A stretch of 32,000 nucleotides of DNA from Candidatus Saccharimonadota bacterium (GCA_001029695.1 CP011211.1:240001-272000); one strand, 5' to 3'; counted from the first letter of the stretch, positions 1 to 9,098 are shown. The notes: generated by a model from the letters alone, not told the origin. Translations and numbers: made by a program.

Positions 1-1
1 G

Positions 2-106
2 GTAAATGATTTCCTCGGACAAGAATTGCGATACGTTGCTGGCACCCCTACATCAGAAGGTGTCAGCCTCATTCGTAGCAATACCATCACGGCACAAAAG
101 TGCTAA
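2..106 (+). CDS. Possible 3' end of an upstream gene (partial, frame 2, ends TAA 104-106); product unknown
   Basis: Frame 2 is open from the window edge to TAA at 104-106. A perfect hairpin terminator follows 19 nt later. No homology recognised, and frame 3 is also open here. Confidence 0.25.
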   Translation, partial: VNDFLGQELRYVAGTPTSEGVSLIRSNTITAQKC

Positions 107-124
107 TACCGTAGACACGCTCAT

Positions 125-160
125 CACCCTGCGCAGCAATGCGCAGGGTGTTTCAATTTC
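125..160 (+). terminator. Rho-independent terminator hairpin
   Basis: Perfect 10-bp inverted repeat CACCCTGCGC (125-134) / GCGCAGGGTG (141-150) with a 6-nt loop, followed by T-rich TTTCAATTTC. Confidence 0.6.
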
Positions 161-169
161 TGCTATACT
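161..169 (+). promoter_or_regulatory. Extended -10 promoter element TGcTATACT for the GtrA-like gene
   Basis: TGcTATACT lies directly after the terminator and 13 nt upstream of ATG 183. No SD in between. Confidence 0.45.
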
Positions 170-182
170 AAACACAATCACT

Positions 183-644
183 ATGAAAACAAAAAAGAAG
201 AAAGATTTACGGCGCCTTATTGGTGAGTTTATCAAACTGCAGCTTGCTGGCAATATTCCACTTGTCATCACATACATCGGGCTCATCCTCTTCAATCAAC
301 TACTTAACTGGGAGGAATTTTATGCGCTTGCACTTGCCGCAGCACTCGGAAACGTTTTTTTCTTTATCGCGGATGACAAGTGGGTGTTTCCAGCGAGAAA
401 AGGTCAGAAAAAATCGCGCTATGAGTTTATAAAGTTCTTCATTTTCGTTGTCTGCAATGCATCGGTCATTTTTAGCATCACGTACGCGCTCTCATATTTC
501 TTTGGTATATCACCATATCTTGGTCAACTGGTCTCAACAACACTGTCGGTGCTTTGGACGTTCCCTATTATGCGCTTCTGGGTTTTTGCGCAGACAAAAT
601 CAAAAGTACGCCCTCGCAGGCGTACTTCCAAGCAATCAGCGTAA
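183..644 (+). CDS. GtrA-family membrane protein (153 aa)
   Basis: Short basic N-terminus (MKTKKKKDLRRL) followed by four hydrophobic segments, with size and layout typical of the GtrA family. The ORF-track start at 6 is rejected because 125-169 holds a terminator and a promoter. Confidence 0.75.
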   Translation: MKTKKKKDLRRLIGEFIKLQLAGNIPLVITYIGLILFNQLLNWEEFYALALAAALGNVFFFIADDKWVFPARKGQKKSRYEFIKFFIFVVCNASVIFSITYALSYFFGISPYLGQLVSTTLSVLWTFPIMRFWVFAQTKSKVRPRRRTSKQSA

Positions 645-653
645 CAATACTTA

Positions 654-1913
654 TTATCGTTGATCGATAAATGTATGTGCTCGTCCGCTTGCCCCACCAC
701 GACCAGTACGACCGATACGGTGTACGTAATCTTCGTATGTCTGAGGAGTGTCGAAGTTGATAACGTGTGAAACGTTTGGAATATCAAGTCCACGAGCAGC
801 CACATCGGTTGCAACGAGTACACGTACGCGTTCGTCCTTGAACTGCTTCAATGCCTTCGAACGCTGCGACTGGTTCTTATTACCATGGATTGCAACAGAA
901 GGAATGCCGCTATTATGCAAATGATCGCTTAGTCGCTGTACACCGAACTTTGTTTCACCAAAGACAAGCACCTTGTCGTAGTCATCGCCGCGAAGCATTT
1001 CAGTAAGGATTTCAACCTTATGAGTCTTGTCACGAGCTTCGATAACATCCTGCTCAACGTGCTCGCTCGTCTCAGCTGTACGAACCGAGACAGTCTCAGG
1101 ATTGTTCAGGAAAGTATTCACAAGCGCCTGGATATCAGGGGTGATCGTCGCACTAAAGAATAGTGTTTGACGTTCGCGAGGCATAGCATCGACGATTTGT
1201 CGGATATCTGGCAAGAATCCCATATCAAGCATTCGGTCAGCTTCGTCGAGAACAAGAGTTGTCATGTTGTCGAGCTTCAGAAGCTTGCGCTGCATAAGAT
1301 CCTTGAGGCGACCTGGTGTTCCGATGATGAAATGAGGACGTCGCTTAAGATCACGGATCTGACGATCAATATTTACACCACCCACAATAAGTGTTGAGTA
1401 AAGGTTTAGTCCCTTGCTAAATTCACGGAACTGCTCATCAATCTGCTGTGCGAGTTCACGCGTTGGAGCGACGATAAGTACGCTTGGTCGAAGCATAATA
1501 CCACTTTGACGCTCAATAATAGGAAGCAAGAATGCCGCCGTCTTACCGGTACCAGTGTTTGCTAGCCCAATAACATCTCTTCCTTCAATAATATGAGGGA
1601 TAGCCTGATCCTGGATAGCACTAGGCGTTACATATCCCTTTGCAGAGATGTTGTGATGTAGCTGCGCGCCAAAAGGAAAATCAGCAAACTTATGCTTTGA
1701 CTCGTATACTACTTCGTCAGCCTTTTGGGTTGCTTTATTAATAAACTTAGATGGATGAATATACTTCTTAGCTGGGCCACGACTGCGTCCACCGCGTCCA
1801 CCGCCACTAAAGCCGCCTTGACGACGTCCGCCGCCATTGCCGCCGCCAAATCCACCACTTCGTGGACGTGAGCTTTGAGGGCGTCCACCGCCCTGTCCTT
1901 GATTGTATGCCAT
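654..1913 (-). CDS. DEAD-box ATP-dependent RNA helicase with N-terminal RGG/Gly-Arg-rich region
   Basis: All helicase motifs are readable: Q motif (TPSAIQ), motif I NTGTGKT, Ia PTRELA, Ib TPGRL, II DEAD, III SAT, V ARGLDI, VI HRIGRTGRGG. The first ~55 aa are G/R-rich low complexity. Confidence 0.95.
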   Translation of the reverse strand: MAYNQGQGGGRPQSSRPRSGGFGGGNGGGRRQGGFSGGGRGGRSRGPAKKYIHPSKFINKATQKADEVVYESKHKFADFPFGAQLHHNISAKGYVTPSAIQDQAIPHIIEGRDVIGLANTGTGKTAAFLLPIIERQSGIMLRPSVLIVAPTRELAQQIDEQFREFSKGLNLYSTLIVGGVNIDRQIRDLKRRPHFIIGTPGRLKDLMQRKLLKLDNMTTLVLDEADRMLDMGFLPDIRQIVDAMPRERQTLFFSATITPDIQALVNTFLNNPETVSVRTAETSEHVEQDVIEARDKTHKVEILTEMLRGDDYDKVLVFGETKFGVQRLSDHLHNSGIPSVAIHGNKNQSQRSKALKQFKDERVRVLVATDVAARGLDIPNVSHVINFDTPQTYEDYVHRIGRTGRGGASGRAHTFIDQR

Positions 1914-2095
1914 GTGTAATAACCCTTTCGTTATGTTCGTAGTATTGGCCGTTGCAGTCTAAAACTATAGATCAGTCGTACAGAACAGCGAGAGGATATT
2001 TCGGTGGTGGCGCCAGCTACATTTGTAGCAATTTATTTAAAATCGGTGCGCTCATCTTTGAAAGAGGCTCGACATTCATCGAATGCAATATGTCT

Positions 2096-2124
2096 ATTGT
2101 AGCACACCTTGGTACTTTATGCAA
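2096..2124 (-). promoter_or_regulatory. Candidate sigma70-type promoter for the helicase gene (TTGCAT-17-TGcTACAAT)
   Basis: On the minus strand: -35 TTGCAT (2119-2124), 17-nt spacer, extended -10 TGcTACAAT (2096-2104). This implies a ~175-nt 5' UTR before ATG 1913. Confidence 0.4.
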
Positions 2125-2136
2125 GATGCTCCCGCT

Positions 2137-4884
2137 TTAGCGATAGAATGGGTCCTCAGATGACACTTGCGGGGCAGCGGGCGGAGCTTGAGGTGGTACG
2201 TTCGACTGCTGGACAGGCGCAGGAGGAGTCGAAGGTAGATTTGGATTCAAAGGCTGTACAGGCTGAGGTGGCTGCTGGATAGGAGTTGCATATGCAGGGT
2301 TTTGCATTGGCTGCTCCTGCGCTGGTAGCGATTGATGATTCGTCTGCTGTAGCCATGATGAGTTTGCCTGTGGCTGCTGATAGCTTGGAGTCGGCGACAC
2401 ATATGACTGAGGTGTATTTGATTGAACACCTTGGTCTTGCCACTGTCCTAGATTCGATACTCCTTGTGGGACAGCAGGCGCGAGAGGTTGCGCATATGGA
2501 GTAGAAGAAGCTGGACTGACAGGAGTTTGAACGCCATAATGCCCTACCTGAAGCGAATCAATTCGCTTTCGATGAACGATATAGACAATAACTAGCAGGA
2601 TCGTAAGGATAACCAAGACCACTAACGACCAGATCATTGCCGATACTCCTTGATTTGCAAGCGAGGTGTCGCCTTGAGTTCCCTGCTTAGACGCGGCAAG
2701 CTTCTGCAGTACCGCTGCATTCACATTATAGCCATACTGATCACCGGCGCTCGCAAAGTGAGCTGCGGCAGCCTGGTAATTACCCTTAAAGTACTCGTCA
2801 ATCGCTCGTGTCCACGTTTTTGTCGCCTTACTCTGAGAACCTAGACTTATGTTCTCTTTATTTAACATAGCGAGCAGTTCGCTCGTCGAACGTACCGTTC
2901 CACTTGCAAAGCACAGTTGATCTGGACAATAAAGCGAACCATATGTCGCAAATCCTACGAGAGAGCCTGCTTGATTTACTGTCGGAGCACCGTCATTGCC
3001 CGGCACCACTGGAGCATTCGTCTGAATAAGCAGCTTGTCTTTGTAGACTTGTTGGACCGTACTTTGGGTCACGACTGGCATGTTGCGAACTTTGTCGACA
3101 GTAAGTCCACTATCAGTGTAGGCTGGGAAACCTACAGTATTAAGATTTGCGTTTGATCTTACTTCATCGGAACTACCGACAGCGACATTTTGAAATGAGC
3201 CTTCCATCTTCAGTAGACCTGTATCATTTGCTGAATTGTCACCGCTAAACGTCGTTCTTTTTGACTTAGACGAATCATAGTTTGCAACAACAAATTTAGC
3301 AGAGATCACAGTATCAGAATACGCAAATGACGGCTTGCTGGCTGCAGTCCTATTGATAACAATAGGCTTGTCACTTGGTTGAATCGAGTATGAGTACTCT
3401 TCTTTGGTTGCCGAGACAAAGTTATCGGGTATCATAGAGGTGATGTTTTCGATCTTTGCCAGTGCCTCTTGGTCGCCCGTTCCTGCGCCATTTTTCATAT
3501 ATTCAGCATCAGATTGATTGATAATCTTTGCTTTTACAAGATAATCAAGAACACGTTGCAAACGATCGAACATTTCAGTTCGAGATTCGGCAAAGTTTAT
3601 GTAGCCGTTTATCGCTTCTTTTGTACTATAACGAACTGCATGACCTGTCGTTGCCACGTAGCCATCGGAAGAGACGATAACGCCACTGTTGACATTACCC
3701 GCGCATGCGTCAGTGAGCTGCGCTGCAGTTGCCCCATCAGCTGTCTTCAATGCGATATCAGCACAATAAATAGTACCAATCCGTACGACACTTGGTTGTG
3801 TAATAGCAATTGATCGTAAGCTCGCTGCATTGTCGTTGTATTCAGCTTTTTTTGCGATCAGTGGTGATTCTTCATCCGACTGAGGCTGCTTTACATCGTC
3901 CTTTGTTGAACTTTTATCAGTCTCTGTTTCATTTTTCTTTGTGTCTGTATCTGTAGCTTGTGCAAGCGTCACAGGAGAATTAATACGTGAAACTGCATCA
4001 CTTTTTTTCGATTCTTCTGCTTTTGATGTAGTGGTTTTTTGGTAAGAAATCGTTTGAAGCACCTGCTCTACGAGCGCAGCGGCCTTGAGGTTGTTTGGTC
4101 GCACACCTGTCACACATGCCGCATATGGACGCTCATTTTGAATTGTATAGTAACAATCTTCGTACAATTCGTTAGAAATGCGATAATTATCATTTTTTGT
4201 TATGTAGCGTACCTTTTGATACTGAACATCGTTGATAGTTTGCGCAGTCGGCTTACTATCTTCGATAGTCACAACCGTCTTATCGTCGGCAACTTTCTTC
4301 GCCATTCGAAGATCAGTCTGCATTTTTACAAAAGCATTAAGCTGAGAAAGATCAGCGTACTCAGGCTTCTCCATCGTCTTCTTGAGCGCATCGATCGTCG
4401 TCTCCGTACTTACTTGCAACTGTGGCGGCAATGTCACCATTGAACGACTTGAGTCGGTGCTTTCAACTGGAGTAATAGCGACATACTCATAGTCTCGCTT
4501 AGTTCGAAGATCATTGTTGTCATACGAGGCGCCAAGTGTTTTTGTAGCTGTTGTCTGCTCTGGCCCCTGAACACGAGCCTCTCCCGTAAAACGCTGGTTA
4601 TCGTAACGTAGTGAAAATCCCAGCTCCGAAGCGACAGGTACGTCCTTTGAAATCTGATCCGTAGGCTGAAGAACATTTGCAAGTGCCATCCTTGCGTCCT
4701 TGTCGTCTTTTGAAGTCATAGGGATGACAAAAAATAAGCCAATTCCAACAAGAATTGAAACCACACCCGTCACAATAAAGGCAATTTTGACAATCTTTCC
4801 AAAAGGAGACTGGCGTTGATACACTTTATTGCGAATCTCTTCTGATTCCTGCGGTATGTAAGGGTTGGTCGAAGAATTGTCCAT
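2137..4884 (-). CDS. Large two-TM surface protein with degenerate trypsin-like (S1/HtrA-like) domain and C-terminal P/Q-rich tail (914 aa from ATG 4884; 922 aa if GTG 4905)
   Basis: N-terminal TM segment (IVKIAFIVTGVVSILVGIGLFFVIPM). HtrA-like His motif SGVIVSSDGYVATTGHAV, Asp motif DTGLLKM, and nucleophile motif PGNDGAP instead of GNSGGP. Second TM segment (AMIWSLVVLVILTILLVIVYIV), then ~130 aa of P/Q-rich sequence. Confidence 0.85.
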   Translation of the reverse strand: MDNSSTNPYIPQESEEIRNKVYQRQSPFGKIVKIAFIVTGVVSILVGIGLFFVIPMTSKDDKDARMALANVLQPTDQISKDVPVASELGFSLRYDNQRFTGEARVQGPEQTTATKTLGASYDNNDLRTKRDYEYVAITPVESTDSSRSMVTLPPQLQVSTETTIDALKKTMEKPEYADLSQLNAFVKMQTDLRMAKKVADDKTVVTIEDSKPTAQTINDVQYQKVRYITKNDNYRISNELYEDCYYTIQNERPYAACVTGVRPNNLKAAALVEQVLQTISYQKTTTSKAEESKKSDAVSRINSPVTLAQATDTDTKKNETETDKSSTKDDVKQPQSDEESPLIAKKAEYNDNAASLRSIAITQPSVVRIGTIYCADIALKTADGATAAQLTDACAGNVNSGVIVSSDGYVATTGHAVRYSTKEAINGYINFAESRTEMFDRLQRVLDYLVKAKIINQSDAEYMKNGAGTGDQEALAKIENITSMIPDNFVSATKEEYSYSIQPSDKPIVINRTAASKPSFAYSDTVISAKFVVANYDSSKSKRTTFSGDNSANDTGLLKMEGSFQNVAVGSSDEVRSNANLNTVGFPAYTDSGLTVDKVRNMPVVTQSTVQQVYKDKLLIQTNAPVVPGNDGAPTVNQAGSLVGFATYGSLYCPDQLCFASGTVRSTSELLAMLNKENISLGSQSKATKTWTRAIDEYFKGNYQAAAAHFASAGDQYGYNVNAAVLQKLAASKQGTQGDTSLANQGVSAMIWSLVVLVILTILLVIVYIVHRKRIDSLQVGHYGVQTPVSPASSTPYAQPLAPAVPQGVSNLGQWQDQGVQSNTPQSYVSPTPSYQQPQANSSWLQQTNHQSLPAQEQPMQNPAYATPIQQPPQPVQPLNPNLPSTPPAPVQQSNVPPQAPPAAPQVSSEDPFYR

Positions 4885-4895
4885 GCTTATGCTTA

Positions 4896-4904
4896 AGTGT
4901 AGCA
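4896..4904 (-). promoter_or_regulatory. Candidate extended -10 (TGcTACACT) for the 914-aa gene
   Basis: Lies in the 55-nt gap after the uvrB stop, 11 nt upstream of ATG 4884. It sits downstream of the alternative GTG 4905, so it favours the ATG start. Confidence 0.35.
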
Positions 4905-4938
4905 CACCAAGTCGACTGATTCCATATCCATAAATAGA

Positions 4939-6912
4939 CTATAATTTGCTACGAAGTTCGGTGATCATGTCGCGTAATTCTGCAGCCTTTTCAAACTCAA
5001 GATTTGCACTGGCAAGCTCCATTTGCGATGACAGATCTTTGATAAGTGTATGGTACTCATCTTTTGGTATCTTCTTCAGATTTAGCTTAGGGACCTTATC
5101 GGTATCTTTCATAGGAATGATAGATCGCAGGCCTTCATCAATCGCTTTTGCAACAGTCGTCGGCGTGATGCCGTGCTCGGTATTATAGGCTTCTTGAATA
5201 CCTCGTCGCCGATTAGTTTCGTCGATGGCTGCTCGCATGGAACGTGTCATCACGTCGCCGTACATTAATACTTTCCCCTCTTGATGACGCGCAGCTCGGC
5301 CAATAGTCTGGATAAGCGCACTTTCGCTGCGCAGAAAACCTTCTTTATCAGCATCCATAATCGCAACCATACTCACCTCAGGAAGATCCAGTCCTTCGCG
5401 TAAAAGGTTGATGCCCACAAGCACATCATAAACACCAAGGCGTAAGTCTCGTAAAATGTCACCACGCTCAAGTGTATCGACTTCACTGTGTATGTAGGCT
5501 GTTTTAATGCCAAGCTCGAGTAAGTATTGACTCAGGTCTTCTGCCATGCGCTTTGTCAGTGTCGTGATTAGCACGCGTTGCTCTTTTTCGATTCGCTCTC
5601 GCACCTCAGCAATCAGGTCATCAATCTGACCATCGGTTGGGCGAATGTCGATAATTGGATCGAGGAGTCCAGTTGGTCGAATAACTTGTTGCGCCGGCTC
5701 GGGGGTACGCTCGAGCTCATAATCTCCGGGAGTAGCTGAAACATAGATAGCTTTATTGATGTGACGGTCAAATTCACCAAACGTCAGTGGACGATTGTCG
5801 AGCGCTGATGGCAATCGAAAGCCATGCTCAACCAAAACTTCTTTTCGTGCACGATCACCATTATACATACCGCGAACTTGTGGAAGCGTCATGTGGCTTT
5901 CATCTACGAGCAGCAAAAAGTCATCAGCAAAATAATCCATCAATGTTGCTGGCTGCTCACCCGGTTCACGATTTGTAAGATATCGGCTATAATTCTCAAT
6001 CCCCTTAACAAACCCCGTCTCCTCTAACATTTCTATATCGTACTTCGTGCGCTGGCTAAGTCGCTGTGCTTCAAGAAGTTTATCGTGAGATTCAAACCAC
6101 TCAACGCGTTCTTCAAACTCTTTTTTGATGTTCTCAACCGCTCGTTCAACCTTCTGTTTAGGCGTAACATAGTGACTGCTTGGGAAAATCTGCACTTCAT
6201 GTGGCTCACCTAAAATCTCACCCGTAAGTGGGTCAATCCTTGTAATACGATCGACTTGATCACCAAAAAACTCAATTCTATACGCCACGTCACTTCCTGC
6301 AGGAAATACATCCACAACATCGCCCTTTACTCTAAAAGTACCGCGATGAAAGTCGATGTCATTGCGCTGATACTGGATATCGGTGAGCAAACGAATAAAT
6401 TTGTCCTGCTGGCGCGGCTCATCTTTTTTTACGGTAATCGACATCTCCGCATAATCATCCGGTGATCCAATACCATAAATACAGCTCACACTAGCAACAA
6501 TAATCGTATCGCGACGCGTTAAAAGTGCACTTGTCGCCGAGTGGCGGAGTCGATCGATCTCATCATTGATTTTGCTATCTTTTTCAATATACGTATCACT
6601 ACTGGAAATGTATGCTTCTGGCTGATAATAATCAAAATAACTGACAAAATAATGAACTTCATTATCCGGGAAGAAGGCCTTAAATTCGCTAAATAGCTGT
6701 GCAGCCAAAGTTTTATTATGAGCCAAGACAAGCGTCGGCACTTGCCTGTCTTGAATAATGTTTGCCATCGTAAAGGTCTTACCTGAGCCTGTCACGCCAA
6801 GGAGTGTCTGTTCACGCTCACCTTTATCAAGCCCTTCAATAAGCTGAGCAATAGCCGCAGGCTGGTCTCCCATCGGCTGGTATTTTGTTTCGAGACGAAA
6901 TTTCTGATCCAT
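4939..6912 (-). CDS. uvrB: Excinuclease ABC subunit B
   Basis: 657 aa. Walker A GVTGSGKT, helicase motifs, and a C-terminal UVR domain ([17 protein letters not shown]). Full-length collinear UvrB architecture. Confidence 0.97.
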   Translation of the reverse strand: MDQKFRLETKYQPMGDQPAAIAQLIEGLDKGEREQTLLGVTGSGKTFTMANIIQDRQVPTLVLAHNKTLAAQLFSEFKAFFPDNEVHYFVSYFDYYQPEAYISSSDTYIEKDSKINDEIDRLRHSATSALLTRRDTIIVASVSCIYGIGSPDDYAEMSITVKKDEPRQQDKFIRLLTDIQYQRNDIDFHRGTFRVKGDVVDVFPAGSDVAYRIEFFGDQVDRITRIDPLTGEILGEPHEVQIFPSSHYVTPKQKVERAVENIKKEFEERVEWFESHDKLLEAQRLSQRTKYDIEMLEETGFVKGIENYSRYLTNREPGEQPATLMDYFADDFLLLVDESHMTLPQVRGMYNGDRARKEVLVEHGFRLPSALDNRPLTFGEFDRHINKAIYVSATPGDYELERTPEPAQQVIRPTGLLDPIIDIRPTDGQIDDLIAEVRERIEKEQRVLITTLTKRMAEDLSQYLLELGIKTAYIHSEVDTLERGDILRDLRLGVYDVLVGINLLREGLDLPEVSMVAIMDADKEGFLRSESALIQTIGRAARHQEGKVLMYGDVMTRSMRAAIDETNRRRGIQEAYNTEHGITPTTVAKAIDEGLRSIIPMKDTDKVPKLNLKKIPKDEYHTLIKDLSSQMELASANLEFEKAAELRDMITELRSKL

Positions 6913-6919
6913 TACATCT

Positions 6920-6948
6920 AGTATACAGCTAAATAAATATCTCGTCTA
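6920..6948 (-). promoter_or_regulatory. Candidate uvrB promoter, leaderless configuration
   Basis: On the minus strand: TAGACG (6943-6948), 17 nt, TATACT (6920-6925), 7 nt, ATG (6912). No SD. Confidence 0.5.
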
Positions 6949-6961
6949 AGCTAGTTAGTTG

Positions 6962-7570
6962 CTATCCGCGACCAGCGCGCTTCGCGCTGACGTGACTGTC
7001 GGTACCGTCGTGAACAAAGTCTGCGTACTTTTTATCAAGTGTCTCGATGACTCGAGTAACGAGGCGATTTGGGTCAGTGTCATAGATTACTTCTTTTGCC
7101 CCAGGAGCTTCAATATTATCAAGTAGCGTTGGGGCGTAGTCCGCAAGCCCACCGCTACCGAGTAGTATGCCGCATACTTTGCGACTTTCGAGTGCTGTAG
7201 ATAGTTCATGCAAACTCCCCATGCGCCCACCAACAGTAATTATGGCGTCACTACTTCGAACAAGATGTACGTCACGACCAACATACTCCATGCCCGTAAA
7301 GTTGATGTAGTCAAACTCTTTTGTAGGCAACTTATACGTTGCGACATGTTCACGAAATGAGCTGGCAGGACTAAAACCTATCGAGATACCACGTTTCCCC
7401 TCAACACTCACCGCACCCATTGCAGCGTAATGAGGCAGCCCAACTGTTGCACCGGTTGTAAGCGTCTTACCAGCAAGAGAAATTGCTCGCCCCAACTCAT
7501 AGGCTAACTGATGAGAGGCTGTAACCGTACTCCCACTCGCCGCCCCGGAAACACAAATCTGATAACGCAT
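6962..7570 (-). CDS. SLOG/LOG-like Rossmann-fold protein (TIGR00725 / lysine-decarboxylase-like family), 202 aa
   Basis: Starts ICVSGAASG. Contains TTGATVGLPHYAAMGA and VGGRMGSLHELSTAL, which resemble the LOG-family GGGxxGxMG and PGGxGTxxE motifs. Its start abuts the stop of the upstream kinase (TAG|ATG). Confidence 0.7.
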   Translation of the reverse strand: MRYQICVSGAASGSTVTASHQLAYELGRAISLAGKTLTTGATVGLPHYAAMGAVSVEGKRGISIGFSPASSFREHVATYKLPTKEFDYINFTGMEYVGRDVHLVRSSDAIITVGGRMGSLHELSTALESRKVCGILLGSGGLADYAPTLLDNIEAPGAKEVIYDTDPNRLVTRVIETLDKKYADFVHDGTDSHVSAKRAGRG

Positions 7571-9079
7571 CTACCCCTCACTCATTTCTTTACGATGATA
7601 ATCACTCGGTGCATCTGAAAGGTACGTATCGATCGCAGGCTTTGTCAATAAACCTGCTTGCGCACCAAGTTGCTGTACGACGCTCATACTATTTATAGGC
7701 GCCCATCGAAGTGCCGTCTCAAGTGATTCTCCTAGCGCAAGTGCTGCGGTGATCGTTGAAGCATAGGCGTCGCCAGCACCTGTTCTATCACTCGGTGGCG
7801 CAGGATCTGGATAGTTCGGCATCATAAACGTCTTTTCACCATCAGATGCATACGCGCCGTCTGGTCCATCAGTTACGATTACTATATCCGTACCTAGTGC
7901 ATGTAAGCCAGCGATAAGTGCAGGGATTGACTCCAATGACTCACCGGTAACAAGTGCCGCTTCTTCTCTGTTCATGAACACAATATGAGAGCGCTTGTAT
8001 ATCTCCGCCAATTTCTCTGTGCCCCATTCAAAGTGGAATGTTCCGGGCTGGAAAGCAAGCTTTACTGACGGGTGAGCGTCAAGGTATTTCAACATATCCT
8101 TGTGCAGCTCCCATGATGATTTACTGAGCATCGAGAGGTATAGCCAGTCAGGCTCCTCAGATGGCTCCTGCCAGACATAGTCATAATCCTCGTATTTTAT
8201 AAGAATCGTTCGTTCAGCTTCATATCGCAGTGCATAGTGATAATTTGTCGCATGTTTTGACTGCACGGATACAGTGTCAGTATTGACTGATTCGCCGGCA
8301 AGATACTTCATCGAATCCCGTCCTGCCTGATCGTCACCAATGAACGCCATAAGCCCTGCTTGGAGCCCAAGTCGTGCGAATGCCACTGCCGCATTTGCTG
8401 AATTCCCCACCGCCTGAACGATATCAACGCGCTCGTAAGGCAGCTTGCTACCAAACTCCATACTAATACGCTTAATACCCTTTTCGTCTACAAACACCTC
8501 AGCCTGGTCTTCGCGTAGTTTCACAAAAGCATCTGTCACAATATCTCCAATAGCGAGTATCGAAGGTGTATGAACTTTCTTTTCAGGATACATGAGCTGG
8601 TAGTCGACATCGATGGCATGCTCTATGTCAGCTTCCTTAGCAAGCTTATGGACTATTTCGTTATTCGTACTATCGTGATCAGCGTAACGACGTACAATTT
8701 CTGCCCGAAGGTGTCGCTGTCCATGTGAAACAGTTCTATCAAGATACGGCAAGCTGTGGTGCGCGTTTTCTATAACATCCTGTAAATTAAAAGAAATAGG
8801 CCCGTCCTGTACGTTAAATAGTACGTAGTGACTATCCGCAAGAAGGCTCTCAGCTTTTCCCATCCGAACTGCAGAACAAAGCGCCCAGTACAACTCTTCC
8901 CCTGTCGTATCATTACTATCGAGATGTAGCTGACGCATAATTCCATGAGCACTGTGCGTAATATCGGAAATCAATCGTGTATCAACTCCTGCGCCTCCCG
9001 TTGCTCGTTCAAGCTGCTGAAGATTAATCGTAAATAACGGATGATCGTTTGCTAATAAGTCTTTAAGAAATCGTGCCAT
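7571..9079 (-). CDS. PfkB-family carbohydrate/nucleoside kinase with unknown ~170-aa N-terminal domain (502 aa)
   Basis: The C-terminal ~330 aa carry PfkB signatures (VGNSANAAVAFARLG; DRTGAGDAYAS) and align along their length with the kinase at 11660..12658. The N-terminal 170 aa match nothing I recognise. Confidence 0.9.
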   Translation of the reverse strand: MARFLKDLLANDHPLFTINLQQLERATGGAGVDTRLISDITHSAHGIMRQLHLDSNDTTGEELYWALCSAVRMGKAESLLADSHYVLFNVQDGPISFNLQDVIENAHHSLPYLDRTVSHGQRHLRAEIVRRYADHDSTNNEIVHKLAKEADIEHAIDVDYQLMYPEKKVHTPSILAIGDIVTDAFVKLREDQAEVFVDEKGIKRISMEFGSKLPYERVDIVQAVGNSANAAVAFARLGLQAGLMAFIGDDQAGRDSMKYLAGESVNTDTVSVQSKHATNYHYALRYEAERTILIKYEDYDYVWQEPSEEPDWLYLSMLSKSSWELHKDMLKYLDAHPSVKLAFQPGTFHFEWGTEKLAEIYKRSHIVFMNREEAALVTGESLESIPALIAGLHALGTDIVIVTDGPDGAYASDGEKTFMMPNYPDPAPPSDRTGAGDAYASTITAALALGESLETALRWAPINSMSVVQQLGAQAGLLTKPAIDTYLSDAPSDYHRKEMSEG

Positions 9080-9089
9080 AACTAGATCG

Positions 9090-9098
9090 ATTATATCA
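9090..9098 (-). promoter_or_regulatory. Candidate internal extended -10 (TGaTATAAT) for the long PfkB gene
   Basis: Perfect TGnTATAAT in the 27-nt intergenic gap, 10 nt upstream of ATG 9079. No SD. Confidence 0.45.

Noticed and set aside
6-182. N-terminal extension of the GtrA-like ORF (ORF-track start at 6, 212 aa)
   Set aside because: The extension would run through a perfect 10-bp terminator hairpin (125-150) and a TGcTATACT promoter element (161-169). It is not hydrophobic, and GtrA-family proteins are about 120-150 aa. ATG 183 is the sensible start.
644-654. GtrA-like and helicase genes converge with only 9 nt between their stops
   Set aside because: Noted as an absence of any terminator, but there is nothing to interpret beyond genome compaction. 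No structure or motif in the gap.
1971-1985. Sequence AGTCGTACAGAA, which resembles (as I recall it) the E. coli cspA cold-box element TGACGTACAGA, in the helicase upstream region
   Set aside because: It is on the plus strand, antisense to the helicase mRNA. It is a short match that could easily arise by chance. My recollection of the motif cannot be verified here.
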